A stretch of 64,000 nt of DNA from Candidatus Margulisiibacteriota bacterium (GTDB lineage Bacteria; Margulisbacteria; WOR-1; JAHJIW01). Of this stretch, positions 50,726 through 60,453 are shown one piece after another. The notes beneath the pieces are model-generated. The model was not told the DNA's origin, did not search any database, and worked only from the letters and a program-made list of their open reading frames with translations. The stretch lies in NCBI GenBank assembly GCA_018823125.1, contig JAHJIW010000010.1, positions 26,954 through 90,953 of the forward strand, read 5' to 3'. The translations under genes and the position numbers were made by a program. The stretch's first letter is position 1. Each line of letters opens with the position of its first letter.

Positions 50726-51793
50726 ATGTTAAATTTTGGAATTAAAATTGTTTTGCTGTTGCTGATAGTGTCAGGATCGATTGCCTACATCGGCGACCTC
50801 CTGGGCCGCACCGTGGGCCGCAAAAGATTAACGTTGTTTGGCCTGCGACCCCGCTATACTGCCATTTTCTTTACCATCGCTTCCGGCATACTAATTGCAA
50901 TTATAACCTTATCGTTTTTACTAGTAATTTCTAACGATGCCAAAACCGCTTTTTTTGGATTAGAAAAACTGCAAAATGAAATCCAGGAAAAATCTACCCT
51001 GCTGAACCAAAAAACTATTGAACTCAACCAAAAAACCGCGGACCTCGACAAATTAAAAACCGATTCAGAAGCCATCAAAGAGGATCTCGAATCAAAAATC
51101 AAACAACGGGATGAAGTGCAGAAAAAATTAGTGGCTTCGCGCAATGAAGTAGCTCAGCTTCAATCCACCAAAGAAAAACTGACCCAAGAAATCCTAAAAA
51201 CCCGCAAGGGCACCATTCTTTTTCGGGTGGGCGAGCCCATCATTTCAGCTACCGTCAAAGGCGGAGAAAAACCCGCGGCAACCTTAAACAATTTAATAAC
51301 CCTTGCAGACCGAAACTATAAAAGCTTAGGGATCGAATCCACCGAAAGCCTGATCGTAGTTGACCCCGCAAACCTGCAGGAAGCTACCGAAGTTTTATCC
51401 GGTATTTCAGATAACCTATTAGTTAAATTTTTAGCTACCCGTAACGTTATTTTCGGTGAAAAAATTCCGGTAGTCATCAAGCTCTATAAAAACGAACTGC
51501 TCTACAAAAAAGGAGCAACGGTGGCGGTTAAAGAAATTGACGGCAGCCTCTCCCGCGAAAAAATTGAAGATGACATCAAGAAATTATTGGCAGAGGTACA
51601 CGTTAAAGCAATCGAAAAAGGGATTCAACCCGATCCCAGCGGCTCGATTGGCGAAGTAACTTATGCCGAAATTTATAAACTCTCTAACAAAATTAAACTT
51701 TATAATAAAAAAGTAGAACTAACCGCCCAGGCCGCCAACGACACTTATACCTTGGGTCCGCTAAACATTGAATTTAAACTAAAATACAAGTAA
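50726..51793 (+). CDS. DUF3084-like membrane-anchored coiled-coil protein
   Basis: 355 aa. N-terminal TM region with GDLLGRTVGRKRLTLFGLRPRYTAIF motif. Long coiled coil. Translationally coupled to lptF/G (2-nt gap). Confidence 0.45.
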   Translation: MLNFGIKIVLLLLIVSGSIAYIGDLLGRTVGRKRLTLFGLRPRYTAIFFTIASGILIAIITLSFLLVISNDAKTAFFGLEKLQNEIQEKSTLLNQKTIELNQKTADLDKLKTDSEAIKEDLESKIKQRDEVQKKLVASRNEVAQLQSTKEKLTQEILKTRKGTILFRVGEPIISATVKGGEKPAATLNNLITLADRNYKSLGIESTESLIVVDPANLQEATEVLSGISDNLLVKFLATRNVIFGEKIPVVIKLYKNELLYKKGATVAVKEIDGSLSREKIEDDIKKLLAEVHVKAIEKGIQPDPSGSIGEVTYAEIYKLSNKIKLYNKKVELTAQAANDTYTLGPLNIEFKLKYK

Positions 51794-51803
51794 AATAAAA
51801 TTT

Positions 51804-52211
51804 ATGCCAGATAAAATATTTTTAAGTGTTGATCCCGGTCGCGATAAATGCGGCCTGGCCGTAATCAAAGATTCACGGGTGGTCCTCGAGCGCAAAGTAG
51901 TTACCTTTGCCGATTTTACCCTCGAAGTTTTGGGCATGCTTTCTAAACACGGTATTGCTTCAATTATTATTGGCGCCGGAACCGGCAGTCGAGAAATTCA
52001 AAAGACCCTGCTCAAGCTGGACCTTAAATGTAATTTAATTTTTGTGCCTGAAAAAGACACATCGCAGCTGGCCCGCCAAAGATACTGGGAAGAAAACAAG
52101 CCCAAAGGACTATGGAAGGTGATTCCTACGTCACTGCGCACCCCACCCCACCCTTACGATGATCTAGCGGCCGTAATTTTGGCCGAGAAGTTTCTATCGG
52201 ACAAAAATTAA
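51804..52211 (+). CDS. YqgF/RuvC-like RNase H-fold nuclease (pre-16S rRNA nuclease / resolvase-like), divergent
   Basis: 135 aa. N-terminal LSVDPGRDKCGLAVIKD. C-terminal DDLAAVILAEKFL (compare E. coli YqgF DSASAVIILESYF). Confidence 0.45.
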   Translation: MPDKIFLSVDPGRDKCGLAVIKDSRVVLERKVVTFADFTLEVLGMLSKHGIASIIIGAGTGSREIQKTLLKLDLKCNLIFVPEKDTSQLARQRYWEENKPKGLWKVIPTSLRTPPHPYDDLAAVILAEKFLSDKN

Positions 52212-53692
52212 ACTTTTTTCTCTTCTTCTCTAAACAAAAAATGTCCCAGCAGAAGAATAATTACTATGATTCCGCAGGCGCAAACAAAAAGGTCGCCGTA
52301 TTTAGTGTAAAAGGTTGCCTGCGGATTGTTTTTAACGTTAAATACTAAATAGGCTTCGCGATTGACCACCGATTGATCGATGACGCGCCCGGCCCCGTCT
52401 GCGGCAAAGGAAATCCCGGTATTAGATGATTGTACAAAATACTTTCCGGTTTCCACCGCACGTAAAATCCCGGCCTGCATGTGTTGAGTCAGTGCATAAG
52501 AATTATTAAACCACGCATCATTGGTTAAGGTTAATAGAAAATCGGCCCCGTCTTTTACACGTTCACGGGCAATGTACGGAAAAGTAGACTCAAAACAAAT
52601 CATCAGTCCTACTTTTTCGCCGTTAAGTGAAATTACCCCGGGTCCTTTCCCGGGAGAATAATCTGCTTCGTGCAGTCCGGTTGCAGATAATACGGGATAA
52701 AGAACTTTGCGCCAGGGCAAATATTCGCCAAACGGCACCAGGTGTTGCTTTTGATAAACTCCCTTTAATTTTCCGTCTTTCCCGATACAAAAAGCTACAT
52801 TAAAATATTGCCGCTCTACGCGCTGCGGCGCACCGACAATTAAAGCCGCATTTAATTCTTCGGCCAGATTGGATAGCTTGCCAAAAATCGGGCGCCGGGC
52901 GATAAAATTATTAAGTGCGGTTTCAGGCCAAACGTAAATTGAGGGGCGCAAAAGATGCGCTTTTAAAGAAAGTTTACGATACAGATCAAAGTAATAATTA
53001 TAATTGCGGTTACTTAATTTAACCGCTTGCGGAATATTTCCTTGAATGACCGCAACTTTTACTGATTTCTCAGGCAGCTTCGCATCATAATCTTTAATTA
53101 ATAGGCTGCCAAAAAGATAATTAGCCGAAATTAAAATAATTAATAAGGCGATTTTTAAAAGCCGGCCCTTTTTACTAACTAAAATTGAAAGCAGTAGTGC
53201 ATTTACTAAAACGATAAAAAAGGTAATGCCATAGGAACCAAAAAACCGCGCCAGCTGGACCATCGGCAAAAAGGCGGTTTGACTATACCCTAATCCTCCC
53301 GCGGTGATGCCAAAGGTACCTAATGAGCGCAGATACTCAAAAACCACAAAAGCTGCCGCCGCGATCAAAGGATATGGAATAAATTTTAGTTTTTTAAGAT
53401 TATAAAACGTCAATCCAAAACCCACCAAAAATAATGACTCGTATAAAATTAGTGAAAAGTAGGCGAAATTAGCAAAGAAATAAGCATAAGCAAACAGTTC
53501 GTTCATCCACCACAGCACAATCCCAAAAAAAGGCAGGGCAAAAAACAAAGCGGCAAAAAATACTCGGCCGGCCCTTTTGGCCGCTAAGATGACTCCTAAA
53601 AAAGGAACCAGCGCAAAGTAAACTAACCAGAAAAACGAAGGGTTAGTAAAAGCAAGGCCGCACAACACTCCAGACAGTATTGATAGTAACAT
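52208..53692 (-). CDS. lnt: apolipoprotein N-acyltransferase
   Basis: 494 aa. N-terminal polytopic membrane domain plus CN-hydrolase domain (VAVIQGNIPQ...). Confidence 0.85.
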   Translation of the reverse strand: MLLSILSGVLCGLAFTNPSFFWLVYFALVPFLGVILAAKRAGRVFFAALFFALPFFGIVLWWMNELFAYAYFFANFAYFSLILYESLFLVGFGLTFYNLKKLKFIPYPLIAAAAFVVFEYLRSLGTFGITAGGLGYSQTAFLPMVQLARFFGSYGITFFIVLVNALLLSILVSKKGRLLKIALLIILISANYLFGSLLIKDYDAKLPEKSVKVAVIQGNIPQAVKLSNRNYNYYFDLYRKLSLKAHLLRPSIYVWPETALNNFIARRPIFGKLSNLAEELNAALIVGAPQRVERQYFNVAFCIGKDGKLKGVYQKQHLVPFGEYLPWRKVLYPVLSATGLHEADYSPGKGPGVISLNGEKVGLMICFESTFPYIARERVKDGADFLLTLTNDAWFNNSYALTQHMQAGILRAVETGKYFVQSSNTGISFAADGAGRVIDQSVVNREAYLVFNVKNNPQATFYTKYGDLFVCACGIIVIILLLGHFLFREEEKKV

Positions 53693-53703
53693 TGATAGCT
53701 CCT

Positions 53704-54351
53704 TTAATTAATCGTGACTGAATACCTGGTTATATCTAAACTCGCATCGATATCGGTATCCGGACTATTTGAGTCGCTAGCCGTCGAATCAGTATAAGAC
53801 TGGATTTGGCCGTTGGAATCAAGATGATCCTGCAAACGGCTGGTTGATTCGCTAACGCTGACAAAATCAAAATAAATATTGACCGGAACATTGGTACCGT
53901 ACAATTGACTTAAATCGAAATCAAACGTCCATTGATCAGAACCAGTAGTTACCTCGCCAATTTGAACCCGGGTGTAGTCGGCATAGGATTCAGCAGTTGA
54001 ATTAAAAGGGCCTCTAACCAGCCAGATCAAACCGCTTCCACTGCTATCCAGGATTACATAGCCGTCCCAGGTGCGATAGAACTGATAATAATCCAGGGTC
54101 GGATCAGTAGGCGGCAGTCCCGGCTCAATAAACTCGTACGGTTCGTACGGATCATAAGGAATTTGAAATGCTTCCTGTGAACTAATAACCATAAAATAGC
54201 TATTATCAAAGAAATCAATATTTCCTCGGAAGGTAACGATCACCGACATACTGTTGCCGTAAGTAATTACATTGGTAACCGTGCGCGCACAACCAAAAAG
54301 CGTAACGGCCGCGATAATAATTATTAGAATTAAGGTTAATTTCTTTAACAT
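53704..54351 (-). CDS. hypothetical lipoprotein immediately downstream of lptD (candidate LptE-like partner)
   Basis: 215 aa. Signal peptide with LFGC lipobox-like site. Acidic, Tyr/Asp/Ser-rich periplasmic domain. 21 nt after the lptD stop. Confidence 0.5.
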   Translation of the reverse strand: MLKKLTLILIIIIAAVTLFGCARTVTNVITYGNSMSVIVTFRGNIDFFDNSYFMVISSQEAFQIPYDPYEPYEFIEPGLPPTDPTLDYYQFYRTWDGYVILDSSGSGLIWLVRGPFNSTAESYADYTRVQIGEVTTGSDQWTFDFDLSQLYGTNVPVNIYFDFVSVSESTSRLQDHLDSNGQIQSYTDSTASDSNSPDTDIDASLDITRYSVTIN

Positions 54352-54372
54352 GTTGAAAGCTTATTATACCTC

Positions 54373-56712
54373 CTAATACCGCGTTGGTGAATCTTTATAA
54401 AAATCTGATTTGATTCGATCAAAGGCCCGGTCAAAACCTTGATAGAAGAAACCTTTGCCCGTCGACCAACCCAGCGGCTCATCCGGCAGGGCCTTCAGCG
54501 TAAAGGTAAGGGTATGTTCTCTGCGATAATCTGAATAAGTATATTTGGCCTCCCAGCAATGCAAGTCTTTGATAATCATTACATCTCTTAATAAATACTG
54601 GCGGGTGAAAAAATCGTAAGAATGACTAAATTTAATTTGCCAGCGATTGCGCCAATTATCATCGCCCAGCTGGATATCAAACATGGAGCTCGCCGTTTTT
54701 ATCAATCCGGTATTCAAATCATAGTTATTTTTAAGTTCTCCGGTTAGCATATTCGAGGGGCGAATCCTGATTTTACTCACTAAATCCACGTATTTTTGAT
54801 TTTCAATATCAAAACCGGTTTTAAAAGTCAGCTTCAATCTTTGGTCCGGTGCAATGGTTAAATCGGTGCGTGCCGTTTCGTATTTCTTAGTTAAAAAGTT
54901 GTAGCCGCCCGAAAAATTCCAGACAAACTTAGATAAATAATAAAAGGTCATGGAATCCGCGATGGCACTTTTAAAACTGCTTTGCTGATCAAAAAAGAAA
55001 GGAGTATTACCTTCGGCAAAGCGCCGATGATAGAAAATATTATTCCTATAAAACGAAAAACCTTGCGTCTCGAGCCTTACCTGTTCATCTAATTGATAGC
55101 GCGCATCTCCCGGATTATAAGAGTATTGTTCAATGCCTTCCTGCAGTTTCAGGATCGAGCCTAAGCCAACCGGAATATCTTTGCTCGCTACTAGCCCCAT
55201 CCCCAACTTTCCGGTAGCGTAATCCCGATTTCTTCTCAAGGCCGGAACGTACTTAACTTCATGAAAATAACCGTAGGAAAATGACGAAGCCAAATTAAAA
55301 AGTTTCAGGTCGTAGGGACTAAGGGATAAATTAACTTCGGGTTGTTTCTCCAGATATTGATCTCCATCGTCTGCTGTGTAAAGTTTTTGATCTGGATCAA
55401 TGTACCAGTTTTCGGAAAACTGCAGGGAATATCCTCCTAAAACGGGCAACACACCATTCTGCGTAAGGGTGATCGAAGGCTCAAAACGCTCGTTAGCCTG
55501 CAGGCCCTCGGCCGTGGTATAACTGGAATACGGAGCACTCAAACTAAAATTCAGCGAATCCCAGATTAGCGGCTGGTTATGGTCAATCCGATGTGAAAAA
55601 CTTACCCAGTGCGGGGAACGTTTATCCCTTTTAAAAGCATATTGATAGTTGGTCGCATAACGATCTTGTTTATGAGAAAAACTCAAACTATAATCTTCGA
55701 GTTGAGAGATGCGATCATCCAGGGAGCTGCCTTTAATATCCAGCGTGCGGTCTGAGAAGTGTTTTAATCTAAAAAGGTTAATGGAACGATTGCGGCGCCC
55801 GCTGGGCACTAAATAAATTGATGATGATTCGTGCCCAAAAGACAGATCGGTATTACTATTTAATCTGGCCTGATGATCGAGCCGGATCACCCAATCTGAG
55901 TATCCGGTATCTCTCTCTTCTACGTGATAAACATACAGTCTTCCGTCATTCGCATCGTTTAAAGTGTAGGAATGATCAAACCCGTACCCGACCCCTTTTT
56001 TTTCCATGTAATCGAGTAAAAATAATCCAAAGGCACCCGTCGTCATAAAATAATCCCACTGGGTTTTGATAAAGTATCCTTCCACTTCATTTTGCCCGGT
56101 AGTGGGCATCTTGCCCCGCCGCTTTTTTAAAGGATAAATAAAATACGGCATCCACATCACCGGAACCTGATTAATATAAAAAGTCACGCTATGCCCCACC
56201 ACCATGTCATCCGGGTAATACTCAACTTTTTTTGCCTTGGTATCATAGTGCGGCTTTTTATAATCACAGGTGGTAATGTCCCCTTCTTCGCCTTCCAGCA
56301 TCGAAACTCTATCAATAACCTTATCTGCTTTTAAAAAAAGCTCGCCTTTCAACATGCTCGGAGTTAAAACGGTGTGAAAAGAGTTAAGATAAGCAACCTC
56401 ATTTGAAACATCATAAGTTAAACTGCGGCTGTAGGCCTGGTAGTCTCCGGTATCCAGCAAAACATTGCCTTCCGCAGTAATAATGTTAGAGTTGACGTCT
56501 ACGATTAAGTTATCGGCATGCATCGTAAAGCCTTCGATTTGAATTACCACTGACCCCGAGGCTTCGATGATGCCCTTTTCTTCGTTATATTTTAAAGAAT
56601 CGGCTTTTAAATCGACCGGGACGTCTTCAGCAAAAGAGGGGCAAACCGTAAATATTGTTTGCAACAACAGCAGCACAAAAAGCAGGAATATTTTTCTTCG
56701 CATACCAACCAA
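54373..56712 (-). CDS. lptD: LPS-assembly outer membrane protein LptD (OstA family)
   Basis: 779 aa. Signal peptide. OstA-like N-terminal domain (LKADSLKYNEEKGIIEASGSVVIQIEGFTMHADNLIVD). Large beta-barrel with C-terminal aromatic. Confidence 0.8.
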   Translation of the reverse strand: MVGMRRKIFLLFVLLLLQTIFTVCPSFAEDVPVDLKADSLKYNEEKGIIEASGSVVIQIEGFTMHADNLIVDVNSNIITAEGNVLLDTGDYQAYSRSLTYDVSNEVAYLNSFHTVLTPSMLKGELFLKADKVIDRVSMLEGEEGDITTCDYKKPHYDTKAKKVEYYPDDMVVGHSVTFYINQVPVMWMPYFIYPLKKRRGKMPTTGQNEVEGYFIKTQWDYFMTTGAFGLFLLDYMEKKGVGYGFDHSYTLNDANDGRLYVYHVEERDTGYSDWVIRLDHQARLNSNTDLSFGHESSSIYLVPSGRRNRSINLFRLKHFSDRTLDIKGSSLDDRISQLEDYSLSFSHKQDRYATNYQYAFKRDKRSPHWVSFSHRIDHNQPLIWDSLNFSLSAPYSSYTTAEGLQANERFEPSITLTQNGVLPVLGGYSLQFSENWYIDPDQKLYTADDGDQYLEKQPEVNLSLSPYDLKLFNLASSFSYGYFHEVKYVPALRRNRDYATGKLGMGLVASKDIPVGLGSILKLQEGIEQYSYNPGDARYQLDEQVRLETQGFSFYRNNIFYHRRFAEGNTPFFFDQQSSFKSAIADSMTFYYLSKFVWNFSGGYNFLTKKYETARTDLTIAPDQRLKLTFKTGFDIENQKYVDLVSKIRIRPSNMLTGELKNNYDLNTGLIKTASSMFDIQLGDDNWRNRWQIKFSHSYDFFTRQYLLRDVMIIKDLHCWEAKYTYSDYRREHTLTFTLKALPDEPLGWSTGKGFFYQGFDRAFDRIKSDFYKDSPTRY

Positions 56713-56717
56713 GTATT

Positions 56718-59102
56718 CTAAGGCACTTTATACATGAGCCTTCGTTTTGCAATATCGCTTAAGACATCATCCTCCGTTATTTCTTTAAAAAGCTTGATGG
56801 CTTTTTCGACTTCTCCCGACCGGTACCACAGCGTGCCCAAATTGATTTTAACGGCAGATAAACTAGCATCCATTTGTTTGGCTTTTTCTAAAATCTTGAT
56901 CGCTTCACCGACATTGCCTTTTAAGTAGTACAACACCCCTAAATTATTATAAAAAACGGGGGATTCAAAGTCTTCGTCAATCGCAGCCTCCAGGTTGCTT
57001 TGAGACTCTTCAAAGGCCCCTTCCATCAGGTGCATCGCCGCCAGATTATTTAATCCCGGTGAAAAGCTCGAATCCAGAGAGGTAGAAAGCATAAATTCTT
57101 CTTTGGCGGCGCCGTACATGCCATTGTTAAATAATTCGAAACCATCGGTATTATGATTTTGTCCGAAAGACATATTAACCGCTTCACTTTTGGACATTTT
57201 TTCGGACATTTGCCCATCCCTGCCCCACAAACCCACCAGTGCCTGAGAATCCATATCTTTTAAAACACAAATAATTTTTTTGCTGCGCAGCGCCGCAATC
57301 TTGCTGCTTTTTAAAACTTTAATTCGATTTTTTAAGTCCCCAAAATTAGTATCTTCCGCTAAAACCTCTTCGTAAGCAGAAACCGCTTTCATCAATTGCC
57401 CCCGGGCTTCATAGGTAATCCCTAAATTGAGCATTAAAACTTTCTTGAATTCGTGCAGTTCCGGGGTAACGATTTCGAGGGCTTTTTCAAAATTTTTCTG
57501 GGCCAGGTCAAACCGACCATCAGTCCGGTAACAGGAACCTAATAAATTATAGGCAAAAGGCGCCCGCACCCGATCTTTAAGCGACAGCTGCAGCTCCTCG
57601 ATCGCTTTTTCGTTGTTATCCAGTGCTAAATAAAGTTTTCCTAAATCAAGGTGCAGGGATACTTTCCAGGGGTCCTCCTTTAATTTAGTCAGATTTGATT
57701 CAACTTCTAAAGCCAGTTCCTTTTCTCTCATCTTTTTAAATTTTTCGTGGATACCTTTATTGTAAGGATCCAACGTTAAAGCCGTATGCAAAGCGGCCGA
57801 AGCTTTACGTGACAGCTTTAGCCCTGCGTAGGCTTCGCCTAAAATGGCATGTCCCGCTGCATATTTTTTATCAATCGAGATGATTTCTTCGGCTTTCGAC
57901 ACGGCCTGACGCAGATCTCCCGTAACAATATAAGCTTCTCCCAAAACCCGGTGCCCCAAAAGAAAATTAGGCCGACTCTTAAGAATATCCTTACATTTAC
58001 TGATGACTTCGGGCGCAATTTCGGGAGTAAGCGAAAGTGCGGCCTCATACTCTAAAACGGCTTCATTCAAGCGATCCTGCTTGAGATACGCATCCGCCAA
58101 ATACTGATGGGCTAAAACTTGATTAGGGCAATCCTTAATGATTTTTTTATAACCGGCGATCGCCTGTTCTAAATATTCGGGCTTTAATTTGGAAAGCCTG
58201 AAATATTCGGCCGCCGCTTCTGAATATTCTTGTTTTACGCTCAAAAAGCTGGCTAAAGAAATAATCGCCGCCGGATGAACCGGGTAACTTTTTAAAATTT
58301 TACGGCAGTTTGCGACAGCAGCGTCGGCCTGCGCGGCATCTAAATTTAAAATCTTTTCGTACATCGCGACCGATTTATCCGGCTGCATTGATCTGAAGTA
58401 GATATCCGCCAGCAGTTCCTTAATCCTGACCGAGGTAGGTGCTTTGGACGAAAGTTCTTCCAGGCGCAAAGTTACTTCACGCGCCACTTCGGGATCATCC
58501 GAAAACATTTTGGCAAAACAATCCGCCGCCTGGTCAAACCGGCTCATCCGGGCATTCAATTCTCCCAGCGTACGCAGTATTTTTTTATTGGACGGATCAT
58601 AGCTTAAAACTTCCTGGTACAGAGCAATCGCTTCTTGGTAGCGCTTTTTTTCCAAATAGGCTCCGGCCAACATCTCGGTTAAAGGAAGATCCTTGACCCC
58701 TTGGCGTAAAGATTTTTCTAATAAAGCAATGGCATTATCAATTTCTTCACGCGTTATATAAATTTTACCCAAAGCATTATAGATAGAAACGTTTTCGGGA
58801 TCTAAATCGAGGGCTTCTTCAAACTCGAGTACCGCGCTGTTGCTTTCTCCGATGGACAGGTAAAATTCGGCCAAAGATAAGCGCAGTGCCACCCCATCCC
58901 CATTATTCCCCATCATCTTTTCGTAATCCAAAACAATTTTAGTTTTTAAATGCGGGTTATAGAGAACTGCCAAACGATACTTTTCTTTGGCGCTGCGGTA
59001 GCGTCCCTTCAGCAGCAGCGCAAATCCCAAAAAGCGCAGTGAATCGGCATCGTTTGGATTTTCTTTAAGAGTTTTCTTTATTTTATCAACATTAATTGCC
59101 AT
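56718..59102 (-). CDS. TPR-repeat protein
   Basis: 794 aa of tandem TPR-like helical repeats. No signal peptide recognisable. Confidence 0.75.
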   Translation of the reverse strand: MAINVDKIKKTLKENPNDADSLRFLGFALLLKGRYRSAKEKYRLAVLYNPHLKTKIVLDYEKMMGNNGDGVALRLSLAEFYLSIGESNSAVLEFEEALDLDPENVSIYNALGKIYITREEIDNAIALLEKSLRQGVKDLPLTEMLAGAYLEKKRYQEAIALYQEVLSYDPSNKKILRTLGELNARMSRFDQAADCFAKMFSDDPEVAREVTLRLEELSSKAPTSVRIKELLADIYFRSMQPDKSVAMYEKILNLDAAQADAAVANCRKILKSYPVHPAAIISLASFLSVKQEYSEAAAEYFRLSKLKPEYLEQAIAGYKKIIKDCPNQVLAHQYLADAYLKQDRLNEAVLEYEAALSLTPEIAPEVISKCKDILKSRPNFLLGHRVLGEAYIVTGDLRQAVSKAEEIISIDKKYAAGHAILGEAYAGLKLSRKASAALHTALTLDPYNKGIHEKFKKMREKELALEVESNLTKLKEDPWKVSLHLDLGKLYLALDNNEKAIEELQLSLKDRVRAPFAYNLLGSCYRTDGRFDLAQKNFEKALEIVTPELHEFKKVLMLNLGITYEARGQLMKAVSAYEEVLAEDTNFGDLKNRIKVLKSSKIAALRSKKIICVLKDMDSQALVGLWGRDGQMSEKMSKSEAVNMSFGQNHNTDGFELFNNGMYGAAKEEFMLSTSLDSSFSPGLNNLAAMHLMEGAFEESQSNLEAAIDEDFESPVFYNNLGVLYYLKGNVGEAIKILEKAKQMDASLSAVKINLGTLWYRSGEVEKAIKLFKEITEDDVLSDIAKRRLMYKVP

Positions 59103-59110
59103 TTAAGTTC

Positions 59111-60211
59111 CTACTTTTTGGTGCCTTCTCGCAAAAGCATTACCAGCGCAAAGGTTCCGAAAAGAAACTGAGGCCCCCAGGCCGCCACCACCGGGTCAAC
59201 CACCCCACCCCTGCCCAGTGACCGGAAAACCGAAGCAAAAACATAAAAAGTAAACATAACTACAATACTTAAAGTTACTCCCCAGGTTTTACCTGACCGG
59301 ACCGAAGGGAGACTTAACGGGATTCCCACCAGCGCAAAAATAAAACAGGTCAGCGGAATAGAAAACTTCATGTAATAATCGGTTTGCAGCTGCCGCACCG
59401 TTGCCCCGCTTTTCCCTAAAGTTTCGATCCGGGCTTTCAATTCTTGACTACTCAATTCTTCCGCCGATTTGCGGTTGGTAAACCGCATCAGATCTTCGTT
59501 AACGTATATCTTCATTTTATCAAATGTTGACTCATAATTCAGGTGCCCTTCGTTATCAAACTTATGCACCTTCCCGGTTTTTAAATCCCAGGTTAGATTT
59601 TCGAAACGGGCCTCTTTGGCCACAATTACTCTTGGAATTTTATCTCCCTGCGCAAACTCATAAATTAAAATATCGTATAACTTATCGGCTTTAGTATCAA
59701 CTTTTTTCACGTAATAGAAACGGTTATGACTATCTTTAAAAAATTCGTTTTCTTTGACCTGCGGAATCGGCTTTTTTAAAATAATCTGCTGAATAATATC
59801 ATCCGAAACGTGATTGGCATACGGAACAATCTTTTCGTTGGTAAAAAAGGAAACCAGCGATATCACCAGCGAAAAAATAATAATCGGCACACACAAACGA
59901 AATAAGCTGATCCCCGAAGTCCGGAGAGCAATAATTTCGTTATCTTTAGAAAGACGCCCCAGCGCCATCGCCACACAAAACAAAGTAGAAACCGGAAAAG
60001 TCATAACCATGATATAAGGCAGCTTAAAAACTAAGAGCTTTAAAACCGCACCCAAGGGCACGCCTTTGTTAATGATCATGTCCGTATAGGTAAATAACAA
60101 ATCGGTGATCATCACCATCACAAAGCCCAGGATCCCCATTAAGAAAGGCCCCCAGAGCTCTGAGATAATATAGCGGTCTATGATTCGGACGTGAAACTTA
60201 GTCCTTACCAT
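59111..60211 (-). CDS. LPS export permease, LptF/LptG (YjgP/YjgQ) family, second copy
   Basis: 366 aa. N-terminus IIDRYIISELWGPFLMGI. Start overlaps the rpsU stop by 7 nt. Confidence 0.8.
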   Translation of the reverse strand: MVRTKFHVRIIDRYIISELWGPFLMGILGFVMVMITDLLFTYTDMIINKGVPLGAVLKLLVFKLPYIMVMTFPVSTLFCVAMALGRLSKDNEIIALRTSGISLFRLCVPIIIFSLVISLVSFFTNEKIVPYANHVSDDIIQQIILKKPIPQVKENEFFKDSHNRFYYVKKVDTKADKLYDILIYEFAQGDKIPRVIVAKEARFENLTWDLKTGKVHKFDNEGHLNYESTFDKMKIYVNEDLMRFTNRKSAEELSSQELKARIETLGKSGATVRQLQTDYYMKFSIPLTCFIFALVGIPLSLPSVRSGKTWGVTLSIVVMFTFYVFASVFRSLGRGGVVDPVVAAWGPQFLFGTFALVMLLREGTKK

Positions 60212-60402
60212 TGGTCATTTTGTCTTCTTTTGACTTCTTTGCGTTTTGCTTTTTCTTCGCGTTGACGGCGGCGTTGACTAGGCTTTTCATAAAATTCTCG
60301 TTTTTTGAGCTCGTCGATCATACCTTCTCTGCGCAATTTAGTTTTAAATTTACGCAAAACCTTATCGATATCTTCGTCTTTTCTTACTTGTATTTTTGCC
60401 AT
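60205..60402 (-). CDS. rpsU: 30S ribosomal protein S21
   Basis: 65 aa, very basic. Compatible with the S21 N-terminus (MAKIQVRKDEDIDKVLRKFK). Confidence 0.85.
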   Translation of the reverse strand: MAKIQVRKDEDIDKVLRKFKTKLRREGMIDELKKREFYEKPSQRRRQREEKAKRKEVKRRQNDQW

Positions 60403-60453
60403 ATTTTCCCTAAAGAATCTTTAAAACTCTTTAGTCCCTCCTTTCTAAATTAT

